Numbered from the stretch's first letter, positions 18,963 through 28,925 are shown. The stretch is DNA of 64,000 nt from Candidatus Palauibacter australiensis (GCA_026705295.1 JAPPBA010000072.1:1816-65815), one strand, 5' to 3'. Notes: generated from the letters alone by a model not told the origin. A program made the numbers and translations.

Positions 18963-19849
18963 CCGCGCGGCGCGCGCGTGCCCGGCCCCGGGGATCGCCG
19001 TGCGTCGTACTCCCCTACGCCGTGGCGGACGGCGCCCGCAACATGGCCGTGGACGAAGCGATGCTCGAACTCGCCGCGGGCGGTTCGACGCTACTCCGCT
19101 TCTATGGCTGGGAGCCCTGGTGCCTGTCGCTCGGGCGGCATCAGGAGGCGCCGGACCGGCTGCTCGGGCGCTCTCCGGCTGAACTCCGCCCCGGCGTCGA
19201 CGCCGTTCGGCGGCCGACGGGTGGCCGATCCGTGTTTCACGGCCCCGAGATCACGTACGCCTTCGCCTGTCCCGCCCGGGCGTGGGGCGGCCCCCGGGCC
19301 GTCCTGCAGACCGTGCACGGCGCACTGGCCGAGGGGCTGCGCGCCCTGGGCGTCCGGCTCGACGCGGTTCGGAGCGACGATGCGGAGGCGGGTCTCGCGG
19401 CGACGGCCCGGATCTCCGCCGCGAGCTGCTTTCGCGATCCCGCCCCGGGAGAACTCACCGCACGCGGCCGCAAGCTCGTGGGCAGCGCGCAGTGCCGCCG
19501 CCGCGGGAGCGTGCTTCAGCACGGGTCCATCCTCCTGGAAGACAGGCAGCGCCTCGGCGACCTGGACGGACGCGACATCCGGCCGGACGAGGGGGACGCG
19601 GCCGGGGTCTCCGATGGGGGACCCGCGATCGGCCTGAACGAGTTGCTCAACCCTGTGCCCGACCCCCGCCTCATCGTCGAGCGCCTCACGGACAGCGTGG
19701 CTGGCGCGTTCAGCGTGCCGGCCGCGCCCGCCTCTGCCGCGACGGATGCTACCGCGGAGATCGCGACCCCCCCGTCCGCGGCTGTGTTCCGCCTTGCCGC
19801 CCGCTACGAGCGCGTCCACCGGTCGGGTGCCTGGCTCTGGAACCGGTAG
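18959..19849 (+). CDS. Lipoate-protein ligase / octanoyltransferase family (BPL/LPL catalytic domain) protein
   Basis: NMAVDEAMLELAAGGSTLLRFYGWEPWCLSLGRHQ... resembles the LplA/LipB/LipL catalytic domain. Adjacent to gcvH/gcvP. Start GTG at 18959 overlaps the preceding stop. Confidence 0.7.
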   Translation: MTARRARARPRGSPCVVLPYAVADGARNMAVDEAMLELAAGGSTLLRFYGWEPWCLSLGRHQEAPDRLLGRSPAELRPGVDAVRRPTGGRSVFHGPEITYAFACPARAWGGPRAVLQTVHGALAEGLRALGVRLDAVRSDDAEAGLAATARISAASCFRDPAPGELTARGRKLVGSAQCRRRGSVLQHGSILLEDRQRLGDLDGRDIRPDEGDAAGVSDGGPAIGLNELLNPVPDPRLIVERLTDSVAGAFSVPAAPASAATDATAEIATPPSAAVFRLAARYERVHRSGAWLWNR

Positions 19850-19866
19850 CGGCTCCGTACCGCCGC

Positions 19867-19895
19867 TTGACGGTCCCGCAGACCGCTTCTAGCTT
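19867..19895 (+). promoter_or_regulatory. Putative sigma-70 promoter for the ExbB-like gene (-35 TTGACG, 17 bp spacer, -10 TAGCTT)
   Basis: TTGACGgtcccgcagaccgcttcTAGCTT, about 85 bp upstream of the start. Confidence 0.4.
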
Positions 19896-19980
19896 GGTTC
19901 CGCTCGCACTCGGGCGCATCCGCGCCGGACGTGGCGAGCCAGTCAATCGATGAACCTTACCGCTTACCGGGAGGACCACC

Positions 19981-20655
19981 TTGATAGCGTCCACACTCTG
20001 GTTGCAGGAGACCCTGACGCTGGGTGAGGGTCAGTCGCTCAATCTGGTGGAGATCTGGGATGCCGGGGGTTGGATGATGTGGCCGCTGGGGGCCGCGCTC
20101 GCCATTGGGATCCTCATCATCCTCTGGAAGCTCGTCGACCTGCAGTTGAAGGGCGGCAAGAACAAGAATGTTCTCCGGGAAGCCGACGAACAGATCGCCG
20201 CTGGCCACCTCGATGAGGCGCTCGAAGTCTGCACCGAGTCCGGCGCTCCCGCGGGGAACGTTCTCAGCGCGGGGCTCTCGCGCTACAACGAAGGGACCGA
20301 GCGCGCGACGCAGGCGGTGGAGAATGCCGGCGCCATCGAAGTCGCGGGGCTCGAGAAGGGTCTCGTGTGGCTGGCGACGCTGTCGAACGTCGCTCCTCTC
20401 CTCGGCTTCCTCGGGACCGTGATCGGGATGATCATGGCCTTCCAGGCCATCGAGATCGCGGGCGAGGTGGAAGCCACGCTGGTCGCCGGCGGGATCAAGG
20501 TGGCGCTCATCACGACCGCCACCGGTCTGACGATCGCGATTCCGATCAACATCTTCCATAACTACTTCGTGACGAAGATCGACCGCCTCGTCATCGACAT
20601 GGAAGAGAGTGCACAGCGTCTCATCGACGCGCTGCACGAGCGCGCGGCCGGCTAG
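19981..20655 (+). CDS. MotA/TolQ/ExbB proton-channel family protein (solitary; no ExbD/TolR partner in the window)
   Basis: 224 aa, 3 TM helices with the conserved C-terminal core ...VAPLLGFLGTVIGMIMAFQAIE...LITTATGLTIAIP...; TTG start preceded by GGGAGG. Confidence 0.85.
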   Translation: MIASTLWLQETLTLGEGQSLNLVEIWDAGGWMMWPLGAALAIGILIILWKLVDLQLKGGKNKNVLREADEQIAAGHLDEALEVCTESGAPAGNVLSAGLSRYNEGTERATQAVENAGAIEVAGLEKGLVWLATLSNVAPLLGFLGTVIGMIMAFQAIEIAGEVEATLVAGGIKVALITTATGLTIAIPINIFHNYFVTKIDRLVIDMEESAQRLIDALHERAAG

Positions 20656-20713
20656 AAAAAGAAAGGCCCGTCGCCGGGGGCGTTCCCCGGCGCGCACGAG
20701 GGGTTCCGAACAA

Positions 20714-20745
20714 GCGGCCCGCCATCCCGGCGGGCCGTTTTTTCG
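20714..20745 (+). terminator. Rho-independent terminator after the ExbB-like gene
   Basis: GCGGCCCGCC-atcc-GGCGGGCCG followed by TTTTTTCG. Confidence 0.8.
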
Positions 20746-20893
20746 TTCGGCGTCTGCCGGGCTCCGCTTGCATCGAAGCCATCGGAGCATCGAAGTTCGG
20801 TGTCGGGCCGCAGGCCGGGTCCGGCGTGAACGGGGTGGGGACGACGTGGAAGGAGGCCTTCCTTTGCATGTTCGACGGCGAATTCGGCGCCTC

Positions 20894-23245
20894 GTGCGCA
20901 TCAACTGGATACGCGGTCCCTGGCTGCGGTCGCTACCGACGCTCGTCTTGGCGTCCGGTCTCGCCGCGCAGGCCGGGAACCCGGCACGCCCTCCCGTCGC
21001 CGGCGCGGCTACGATGGCAGGCGCCGACGACATGCTGGAGCGGGCCCGAAGCCTGCTCGACGCCGGGATGCCGGTCTCGGCATCGGCTCTGCTGGCGCCC
21101 GCGCTCGCCGCGGGCGAGTTGGAGGGCGACGAGGCCGTGCTGCTGGCGGCGCGAGCCTTCGCGGATCAGCGGGCATGGGCTTCCGTGCTGAGCCTCCTCT
21201 CGGAGCGTGAAAGCTGGCCGCCGTCCGCGCCGTCGCAGGCCACGCTCCTCCTCGCGCGGGCGTACGCGGGGCTCGACAGCCTGACCCGGTCCGCGGCGCA
21301 CTACCGTGCGTATCTGAGCGGGGTCGACGGGACGCCTCCGCTCGGCGCGCGGGTCGGGTTCGCCCGCGTGTCCTACCGGCGCTACCAGTGGTACGAGGCG
21401 CGCGACCAGCTCGCGCTCGCCGAGCGCGAACACCCGGAACTCGCTCCGTGGTTGCGGCTCTCGCGCCTTTACGCCCTGTCGGAGGCCGAGGACCGGGACG
21501 CCTTCGCCCTCGCCGACTCGATCGTGCGCGAGGCCCGCGTGCCGGCGGACTCCGCGCTCCTCCCGGCGGCCCGCCTGGCCTTCAAGCTGGAGGATCCCGA
21601 ACGGGGGGCCGCGCTCGCGAGCCGCGCCGGCAGGGGCGTCCGGAACGTCCTCGCCGCTCGGCACCTCGGACCTCACTACCTGGCGACCGGGGACTCCGCC
21701 GCGGCCGCGTCGGCCTTCGCCGACGCGATCGCGAGAGGCCTCCAGACGCCGGAGACGGGACCCGCGCTCCTCGCACTCACGCGATCCTGGCGGACGCTGC
21801 GCGATGTCGGGCGCTCCGACATCCGCGCCCGCCGTCACTCCCGCGGCGCCGGCTACCTCTCGGAGGCGCTGGAGCTCGCACCCGCGGCCGAACGCCCGGG
21901 CATCGCCGAATCGCTCGCATCGGCGTACATGGCGCTGGGCGCTCCCGGGCGGGCGGCGGAGGCGCTGGCCCCGTGGACCGGAGACCCCGCTTCCGTCACC
22001 GCGCCGCGGGCGTCGCTGTGGATGCTCGCGGCCAGCGTCTACCGTGCGCTCGGGCGCCACGGCGACGCCGCGGAGGCGCACGAGACGGCCGCCCGCGGCT
22101 CCGGGGATGTCGCCGCCCGCGCCGCCTACCTCCTCGCGGACCTCGAGCACGATGCGGGGCATCCCGACATCGCCGCGGAGGGCTTCGAACGCTCCTACCG
22201 CGCGTTCCCGGACGCGAGCTACGGGACGCGGTCGCTGGAACGGCTCGCTCTTCTCGCGTACCACGAGGGCCGCTACGAGGAGGCGCGCACGCTCCTGGCC
22301 GAATACCGCGAGCGCTACCCGGAGGGCGAGTGGGTCCAGGGAGCGATCTACTGGGGCGGCAAGGTCGCGGAGGCGCTGGGCGACACCCAGGGCGCGAGCG
22401 CGTTCTACGCCCGCGCCCTCAGGTACAACCCGCTCGACTACTACGCCATCCTCGCGGAGCCCCGCACCGGCACGGACCGCCTGGCCGCGGTCGGAATCGG
22501 CGACGGCGAGCCGTTGCCCGACCTCGATCCCATCCACGCGACCGCGCTCCGGCGCATGAACAAGCTGCGAGAGGTGGGGTGGCCCGAGCGCGCGCGCCGG
22601 GAATACCGCCGCGCCAGCGAGCGCGGACCGTCGACCTACGGGGCGATCCTCGCCTTCGCGCACGTCCTGAACGCGGCGGAATGGACGCGGGAGGGGATTC
22701 GCGAGGGGTGGCGCGCACAGGCGATTCGCGGCCGCTGGACCCGCCCGCTCCTCGAAGCGATCTATCCGCTGCCCTTCCGCGAGGCCCTCGTCGCCGCGGC
22801 CGAACGGAACGGACTCCCGCCGCACTTCGTCGCCGGGCTCTCGCGTCGCGAGTCGATGTTCGACCCGGAGATCCGTTCCGTCGCCAATGCCATCGGTCTC
22901 ATGCAGCTCCTGCCGGAGACGGCCCGCAACGTCTCCTCACGCGCCGGACTCGAAGGCTATCGCCGTCACCAGCTCACGGTCCCGCAGGTCAACCTGATGC
23001 TCGGGACCCGGTACCTGGCGGAAGTTCTCGGCCGGTTCGATGGCTTCGACATCGCGGGGATGATCTCCTACAACGCCGGCCCCCATCGCTACACGCGGTG
23101 GCGCGATTTCCCCGAGTTCTCGGACGAGGAAAAACTGGTCGAGCGGATCCCCTACCGGGAGACGCGCGAGTACGTCCGGGCGGTCACGGAACTGGCCGAA
23201 ATCTACCGCCTCCTGTACCCGGACCTGGGGGTCCCGAACCCCTGA
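20894..23245 (+). CDS. Soluble lytic murein transglycosylase (Slt70-like: superhelical TPR-like N-domain plus C-terminal SLT catalytic domain)
   Basis: C-terminal SLT domain motifs ESMFDPEIRSVANAIGLMQLLPETAR...MISYNAGPHRYTRW. Long alpha-helical repeat N-domain. GTG start at 20894 gives signal peptide MRINWIRGPWLRSLPTLVLASGLAAQA. Confidence 0.85.
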   Translation: MRINWIRGPWLRSLPTLVLASGLAAQAGNPARPPVAGAATMAGADDMLERARSLLDAGMPVSASALLAPALAAGELEGDEAVLLAARAFADQRAWASVLSLLSERESWPPSAPSQATLLLARAYAGLDSLTRSAAHYRAYLSGVDGTPPLGARVGFARVSYRRYQWYEARDQLALAEREHPELAPWLRLSRLYALSEAEDRDAFALADSIVREARVPADSALLPAARLAFKLEDPERGAALASRAGRGVRNVLAARHLGPHYLATGDSAAAASAFADAIARGLQTPETGPALLALTRSWRTLRDVGRSDIRARRHSRGAGYLSEALELAPAAERPGIAESLASAYMALGAPGRAAEALAPWTGDPASVTAPRASLWMLAASVYRALGRHGDAAEAHETAARGSGDVAARAAYLLADLEHDAGHPDIAAEGFERSYRAFPDASYGTRSLERLALLAYHEGRYEEARTLLAEYRERYPEGEWVQGAIYWGGKVAEALGDTQGASAFYARALRYNPLDYYAILAEPRTGTDRLAAVGIGDGEPLPDLDPIHATALRRMNKLREVGWPERARREYRRASERGPSTYGAILAFAHVLNAAEWTREGIREGWRAQAIRGRWTRPLLEAIYPLPFREALVAAAERNGLPPHFVAGLSRRESMFDPEIRSVANAIGLMQLLPETARNVSSRAGLEGYRRHQLTVPQVNLMLGTRYLAEVLGRFDGFDIAGMISYNAGPHRYTRWRDFPEFSDEEKLVERIPYRETREYVRAVTELAEIYRLLYPDLGVPNP

Positions 23246-23267
23246 TACGGTCGTTCGCGATGGCGTG

Positions 23268-23296
23268 TTGACGGGTCCGAATTGCTCGCATAGCAT
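23268..23296 (+). promoter_or_regulatory. Putative sigma-70 promoter for the cold-shock gene (-35 TTGACG, 17 bp spacer, -10 TAGCAT), giving a 5'UTR of roughly 85-90 nt
   Basis: TTGACGggtccgaattgctcgcaTAGCAT upstream of the csp ATG at 23392. Confidence 0.45.
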
Positions 23297-23391
23297 AGCA
23301 ACGTCTCGTGTCCCGCAGCGCCGCAAAACGACGCACAATCGGCTGCGCGGAGCGCCCGCAACGCCCATCACCGAGGTACGCAGGAGGCAGG

Positions 23392-23598
23392 ATGCCATCA
23401 GGTACGGTCAAGTGGTTCAACGACTCCAAGGGGTACGGTTTCATCGAGCAGCCCGACGGCGGCGATGACGTCTTCGTCCACTATTCGTCCATCGACATGG
23501 ACGGGTACAAGACGCTCGTCGAAGGGATGGAAGTGGACTACGAGTTCACGCAGGGCGACAAGGGCCTGCACGCGACCCGCGTCGTGCGCACTGCCTGA
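23392..23598 (+). CDS. Cold-shock protein, CspA family
   Basis: 68 aa: MPSGTVKWFNDSKGYGFIEQPDGGDDVFVHYSSI with RNP1/RNP2 motifs KGYGFI / VFVHY. The track ORF 23308..23598 contains it. Confidence 0.93.
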   Translation: MPSGTVKWFNDSKGYGFIEQPDGGDDVFVHYSSIDMDGYKTLVEGMEVDYEFTQGDKGLHATRVVRTA

Positions 23599-23628
23599 CC
23601 GGACGCCGTAGCCGAGCCGGAGCTTCAC

Positions 23629-23660
23629 GCGCCCCGCCCCTCCCGGCGGGGCGCTTTTTC
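23629..23660 (+). terminator. Rho-independent terminator after csp
   Basis: GCGCCCCGCC-cctcc-CGGCGGGGCGC followed by TTTTTCG. Confidence 0.8.
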
Positions 23661-23742
23661 GTCGCCGGACTTTGCCACGGACGGCCCCCTCCACCATACA
23701 TAGATGCCATGTTGACCATCCCGGACGGCCGGTGAACTCCAT

Positions 23743-26550
23743 GTGGCGGCGCCAGGCGTCGTGAAGCCCTCGCGGGCCGCTGGTCCGTCGCTCTTCCTGC
23801 TCGACGGCTACGCGCTCATCTACCGTGCGTTCTTCGCCATGATCAACCGGCCGCTCACCACTTCGAGCGGCGAAAACACGTCGGCCCCCTACGGCATCGC
23901 CCGCTTCCTCATGCGGTTGATCGCGGATCACGCACCCGACTATCTCGGCGTCGCGTTCGATGCCGGCGACAGCTTCCGCACCGACATCTACCCGGAATAC
24001 AAGGCCACGCGAGAGAAGATGCCCGAAGAGCTCCGGGCATCCCTCCCCCGGTGCCGGGAGATCTTCGCCGCCTTCCGGGTGCCCGTCATCGAGGCGGAAG
24101 GGTGGGAAGCGGACGACGTGATCGGGACCCTCGCGCAGAAGGCCGCGGGACAGGGTCTGCGCACCATTATCGTCTCCGGAGACAAGGACTTCCATCAGCT
24201 CGTGGACGACCGCACCGCGCTGCTCAATCCGGGCCGAGGGGGGCCCGCCGGAGTCGATCAGGTGTGGGTGACGCCGGACAACGCCGAGGAGCGCTTCGGC
24301 GTGCCCCCGGAGCGCGTGACCGACTTTCTGGCTCTGCTCGGCGACTCATCCGACAACGTCCCCGGCGTGCCCGGCATCGGGAAAAAGATCGCGCCCGCCC
24401 TCATCCGGCAGTTCGGCGACCTCGAGGCCATCCTCGCGCGAGCGGAGGAGATCACGGCGGCCCGGGCCCGAAACGCGATTCTCAAGCATGCGGATGACGC
24501 CCGGCGCTCCAGGCAACTGGTGACGATCCGCACCGACGCGCCCGTGAACCTCGATCTCGAGAGCCTCCGGTCGCGGCCGCTCGATACCGAAAGGGCCGCG
24601 TCCGTCTTCCGTGACCTGGAGTTTCACAACCTGCTGAGGGAACTGGAGGCGCCGGCGACGGAGGCCGAGCGCTTCGCCCCGGAAGTGGACGTCGTGGCCG
24701 ACACGGATCGGCTGGGCGCCGTGCTGGCCGAGTGCTCCCGGGCTCCGCGCATCGGACTCTGCGTCGCGGGCAGCTCCGAAGATCCGCTCGGCGCCGCCCT
24801 CGTCGGTCTGGCGCTCGCCGCCTCCGAGGACCGCGCCTTCTACCTGCCACTCGGGCACCGGGCCCCGGAAGTCCAGCACGACGCGGCGGGAAACCCGACG
24901 CTCGCCTTCGATGCGGGCGAGCCCGTCGGTCTGCCGGAGATGTCGTCGTCCGACATGCGAGGGCTGCACGACCTGCTGGCCTCGGAGGCACCGAAACTCG
25001 GGCACGATCTCAAGTACGCCGCCCAGCTCCTGCGGCGGCACGGCGTCGAGTTGGGGGGCCTTGACGGCGGCGTCGCGTTCGACACGCAGATCGCCTCCTA
25101 CTGCCTCGATCCGGCCCGGCGCGACCGCGCCCTCTCCACCCTCGCTCCCGACCGCCTCGGCGTCGCCCTCGAGACGGGCGACGCCGTCACGGGCACCGGA
25201 CGGAACCGGCTTCCGCTGGCATCGATCGAGCCCGAGCGCGTCGCCGAGTGGGCCGGACCGCGCGCCGCGCTCCTGCACCGCCTCGCGAAGGTCGACGAGG
25301 CCGACCTCGTGCGAACGGGCATGGGCCGCCTCTTCCGCGAGGTCGAGATGCCGCTTGTCACCGTCCTCGCGAGCATGGAGCGGGCCGGCATCGCGCTCGA
25401 CCTCGACTTCTTCGGCGATTTGCGGGCCCGTCTGCGCCGCGATCTCGACGCCGTGCGCTCGGAGATCCACAAGATCGCCGGGACCGAGGTCAACCTCCGT
25501 TCCGTCCCGCAGATGCGGGAGCTTCTCTTCGACCGGCTCGCGCTGCCCGTCCTCAAGAAGACGAAGACGGGCCCCTCGACGGACGAGTCCGTGCTCGAGC
25601 AACTCGCCGCCATGGGCCACGAACTCCCGCGCCTCATCCTCGAACACCGGGAGCTCGACAAGCTGGACGGCACGTACGTGAGCGTGCTCCCGCGGCTCAT
25701 CGACGGCCGGGGACGCATCCACACCCGCTTCAACCAGACGGTCGCCGCCACGGGCCGACTCTCCTCCTCGGACCCGAACCTCCAGAACATTCCGATCCGG
25801 CGGGCGCTGGGGCGCGAGATCCGGAAGGGATTCGTCGCCGCCCCCGGCCATCGGTTCGTAGGAGCGGACTACTCCCAGATCGAACTCCGGGTCATGGCCC
25901 ATCTCTCCGGGGACGAGGCGTTCGTGGAGGCGTTCCGGGCGGAGCGGGACATTCACCGGGAGACCGCGGCCCGGATCTTCGGGGTCGAGCCGGATGACGT
26001 CACGCCGACCATGCGCGAGCAGGCGAAGACGATCAACTTCGCCACCATCTACGGCCAGGGCCCGTTCGCCCTCGCCCAGCAGCTCGGGATCTCGCGGACG
26101 CAGGCGAGCGAGTTCATCGCCGGGTACTTCGAGCGGTTCGCGGGCGTCGCGGCCTACCTGGAGGAGATGAAGGAAGTGGCGCGGGACCGGAACTACGTCG
26201 AGACGCTGTTCGGGCGCCGCCGCTACATCCCCGAAATCCGGTCCAGGAACCCCGGGATCCGCGGCTACGGCGAGCGGACCGCGACGAACTCCCCCATCCA
26301 GGGATCCGCGGCGGACCTGATCAAGGTGTCGATGATCCGGCTGCACGAACGTCTCGCGGGGAGCGGAGCCCGCATGCTGCTCCAGGTGCACGACGAGTTG
26401 CTCATCGAGGCCCCGGAGTCCGATGTTGAAACGATCGGCCGGACCGTGCGCGAGGAGATGGAGGGGGCCATCGAGTTGACGGTTCCCCTGCGCGTGGACC
26501 TCGGGATCGGCCGCAGCTGGTACGACTGCAAATTCGGGAAGGGGCCGTGA
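23743..26550 (+). CDS. polA: DNA polymerase I
   Basis: 935 aa. 5'-3' exonuclease N-terminus (LFLLDGYALIYRAFFA), a 3'-5' exo-like middle region and the polymerase domain (RRAAKTINFGIIYG-like block TINFATIYGQGPFAL; HDELLIE). Confidence 0.93.
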   Translation: MAAPGVVKPSRAAGPSLFLLDGYALIYRAFFAMINRPLTTSSGENTSAPYGIARFLMRLIADHAPDYLGVAFDAGDSFRTDIYPEYKATREKMPEELRASLPRCREIFAAFRVPVIEAEGWEADDVIGTLAQKAAGQGLRTIIVSGDKDFHQLVDDRTALLNPGRGGPAGVDQVWVTPDNAEERFGVPPERVTDFLALLGDSSDNVPGVPGIGKKIAPALIRQFGDLEAILARAEEITAARARNAILKHADDARRSRQLVTIRTDAPVNLDLESLRSRPLDTERAASVFRDLEFHNLLRELEAPATEAERFAPEVDVVADTDRLGAVLAECSRAPRIGLCVAGSSEDPLGAALVGLALAASEDRAFYLPLGHRAPEVQHDAAGNPTLAFDAGEPVGLPEMSSSDMRGLHDLLASEAPKLGHDLKYAAQLLRRHGVELGGLDGGVAFDTQIASYCLDPARRDRALSTLAPDRLGVALETGDAVTGTGRNRLPLASIEPERVAEWAGPRAALLHRLAKVDEADLVRTGMGRLFREVEMPLVTVLASMERAGIALDLDFFGDLRARLRRDLDAVRSEIHKIAGTEVNLRSVPQMRELLFDRLALPVLKKTKTGPSTDESVLEQLAAMGHELPRLILEHRELDKLDGTYVSVLPRLIDGRGRIHTRFNQTVAATGRLSSSDPNLQNIPIRRALGREIRKGFVAAPGHRFVGADYSQIELRVMAHLSGDEAFVEAFRAERDIHRETAARIFGVEPDDVTPTMREQAKTINFATIYGQGPFALAQQLGISRTQASEFIAGYFERFAGVAAYLEEMKEVARDRNYVETLFGRRRYIPEIRSRNPGIRGYGERTATNSPIQGSAADLIKVSMIRLHERLAGSGARMLLQVHDELLIEAPESDVETIGRTVREEMEGAIELTVPLRVDLGIGRSWYDCKFGKGP

Positions 26551-27797
26551 AGACAGCCCGGATCGCCCTCATCGCCTGGACGTCGTGCGCTCTCGGGTGG
26601 GCGCTTGCGTGCGCGCCGCCGCCCACGCCCGACAGTACCGTGCCGGAGGGGGCCGCGGACGGATCCCCCCAGGCAGTCGTCGAGTCGTCGCTGATGCCGG
26701 TCTTCACGATTCGCGGCGAGCCCGTCGCGCGGCGCCCGCTCGCCGACCGCATGGCCGACCTGGGCGTGCCCGGCGTGAGCGTCGCCGTCCTGGTCGACGG
26801 CGAGATCGCCTGGGCCCGCGGCTACGGGCTCGCCGACGTCGAATCGGGCCGGCCCGTGACGCCGAACACGCTCTTCCAGGCCGCCTCCATCTCCAAGCCC
26901 GTGGCGGCGCTCGCCGCGCTGCGGCTCGTCGAATCGGGCCGCGTCGACCTCGATGGCGACGTCAACGCCTACCTCACGAGTTGGCAAGTGCCCGAGAACG
27001 AGTTCACGGAGCAGGCGCCCGTCACCCTGCGGGGGCTCCTCACGCACCGGGCCGGCCTCACCGTGTGGGGCTTCCCCGGGTACGGGCCGGACGAGGAGGC
27101 GCCGGACGGGCCGGGCGTCCTCGACGGCCACGGCAACACGGACCCTGTGCGCGTCTACAAGGCGCCGGAGGAGAGCTGGCGCTACTCCGGCGGCGGCTAC
27201 ACCGTCATGCAGCAACTCGTGGCGGACGTCCGCGGCGCGCCGTTCGCCGAGGTCATGCGCGAGGAGGTGCTCGACCCGATCGGCATGGCGCGTTCAACGT
27301 ACGAGCAGCCAATCCCCCCGGAGCGCCGGGACGACATCGCGACGGGCTACCGGCCGAACGGCGACCGGGTTCCCGGCGGGTGGCATACCTATCCGGAACA
27401 GGCGGCCGCCGGGCTGTGGACGACGCCGAGCGAACTCGCGCTCTACGCCCGGGAGATGCAGCGTGCCTGGAGGGGGGAGTCAACCGGCGTGCTGGGCGAA
27501 GCGCTCGCGCGCGAGATGCTGACGCCCGACGCCGACGACTGGGGGCTGGGCCCGGCGATCTCCGGGGACGGCGAACGCTTCCGGCACGGCGGCTCGAACC
27601 AGGGGTTCCGCTGCACGTTCGCGGCGTACATCGACGGCGACAACGGCGTCTTCGTGATGACGAACTCCGACTCGGGGAGCGAACTCGCGTCGGAGATCGC
27701 GATCACGGTGGCGCACGCGTACGGCTGGTCCGGACCCCGCGCCGAAGAGAGGGCGCCGGACGAGGAAGGCACAGGAGAGGGCACAGAAAGGGAGTAG
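26547..27797 (+). CDS. Class C beta-lactamase-family serine hydrolase lipoprotein (PBP/esterase-like)
   Basis: Lipobox ...GWALAC; SxxK motif FQAASISKPVAALAAL; later YSGGG/HGG motifs. Confidence 0.8.
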   Translation: MKTARIALIAWTSCALGWALACAPPPTPDSTVPEGAADGSPQAVVESSLMPVFTIRGEPVARRPLADRMADLGVPGVSVAVLVDGEIAWARGYGLADVESGRPVTPNTLFQAASISKPVAALAALRLVESGRVDLDGDVNAYLTSWQVPENEFTEQAPVTLRGLLTHRAGLTVWGFPGYGPDEEAPDGPGVLDGHGNTDPVRVYKAPEESWRYSGGGYTVMQQLVADVRGAPFAEVMREEVLDPIGMARSTYEQPIPPERRDDIATGYRPNGDRVPGGWHTYPEQAAAGLWTTPSELALYAREMQRAWRGESTGVLGEALAREMLTPDADDWGLGPAISGDGERFRHGGSNQGFRCTFAAYIDGDNGVFVMTNSDSGSELASEIAITVAHAYGWSGPRAEERAPDEEGTGEGTERE

Positions 27798-27803
27798 ATC
27801 ACG

Positions 27804-28925
27804 ATGGCGTGGAACCAGACTCGACGAGAATTCATGAAGACGTCCGCCCGGGCCGGCGGGGCGCTCGGCGTACTCGGCGCCTTCGGCTCGGCCGCCTGCG
27901 CGGGGAGCGAGGGAGGCCCGCTGCGCATCCTCATCCTCGGCGGCACCCGCTTCATCGGTCCGCACCAGGTGAAATACGCGCTCGACCGGGGCCACGAGGT
28001 GTCGATCTTCACGCGCGGGCAGACCGCGCCCCCGTTCTACCACGACTACTTCGAGCGTGTCGAGCACCTGATCGGTGACCGGACCAGCGATCTGTCGGCA
28101 CTCGAGGGCAGAGAGTGGGATGCCGTCATCGACAACTCCGCCTCCTACCCGAGTTGGGTCGCATCGACGACCGAACTCCTGCGCGACCAGGTCGACCGCT
28201 ACCTCTTCGTCTCCTCCATCTCCGCCTACGCGGACTTCGCCCAGGTCGGGATCGACGAGGACTATCACGTCGGGCAGTTGTCGCCCGACGAGGCCGAGGA
28301 CGACGGAGGCTACGGGCCGAGGAAGGCGCGCTGCGAGCAGTACGCGCGCGACGCCTTCGGCGAGAACGCGATCAACGTGCGTCCGGGGCTCATCGTCGGG
28401 CCCGGCGACAACACGGACCGCTGGACGTACTGGCCGGTCCGCGTCGACCGCGGAGGGGAAGTGCTCGCCCCCAACACCCCCGCCGACCCGGTGCAGAACG
28501 TCGACGCGCGCGACCTCTCCGAGTGGATCGTGCGGCTCGTCGAGGGCCCCGGGAACGGAGGCACGTACAACGCCACGGGCGAGGTGCAGCAGTTCGGCGC
28601 CATGCTGGAGGAGATCCGCGGCGCGCTCGGCTCCGACGCCACGTTCACCTGGGTACCGACGGAGTTCATGGCGGAGCAGGAAGTGGCGCCCTGGATGCAC
28701 ATGACGAACTGGACGCCGCCCGAAGGGGAAACGGTCGGCATGAACCAGGTTTCCGTCGCCGCCGCCGTGCAGGCCGGGCTCACGTTCCGCCCGCTCGCCG
28801 ACACCGCGCGCGACACGGTCGAGTGGTGGAACTCGCTTCCCGAGGAACGCCGCGGCGAGCCTCGAGCGGGCCTCCCCGCCGAGTTGGAAGCCGAGGTCCT
28901 GGCCGCTTGGCACGCCAGCGCCTGA
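27804..28925 (+). CDS. NAD(P)-dependent epimerase/dehydratase (atypical SDR) with twin-arginine signal peptide
   Basis: TAT motif TRREFMKTSARAGGALGVLGAFGSAACAG; Rossmann motif ILILGGTRFIGPHQV. Confidence 0.75.
   Translation: MAWNQTRREFMKTSARAGGALGVLGAFGSAACAGSEGGPLRILILGGTRFIGPHQVKYALDRGHEVSIFTRGQTAPPFYHDYFERVEHLIGDRTSDLSALEGREWDAVIDNSASYPSWVASTTELLRDQVDRYLFVSSISAYADFAQVGIDEDYHVGQLSPDEAEDDGGYGPRKARCEQYARDAFGENAINVRPGLIVGPGDNTDRWTYWPVRVDRGGEVLAPNTPADPVQNVDARDLSEWIVRLVEGPGNGGTYNATGEVQQFGAMLEEIRGALGSDATFTWVPTEFMAEQEVAPWMHMTNWTPPEGETVGMNQVSVAAAVQAGLTFRPLADTARDTVEWWNSLPEERRGEPRAGLPAELEAEVLAAWHASA

Noticed and set aside
19957-22825. Long minus-strand ORFs 19957..21033 and 20933..22825
   Set aside because: They are antisense to the ExbB-like and Slt genes, which have strong family motifs plus a promoter and terminator on the plus strand.
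24346-26391. 681-aa minus-strand ORF
   Set aside because: Antisense to polA.
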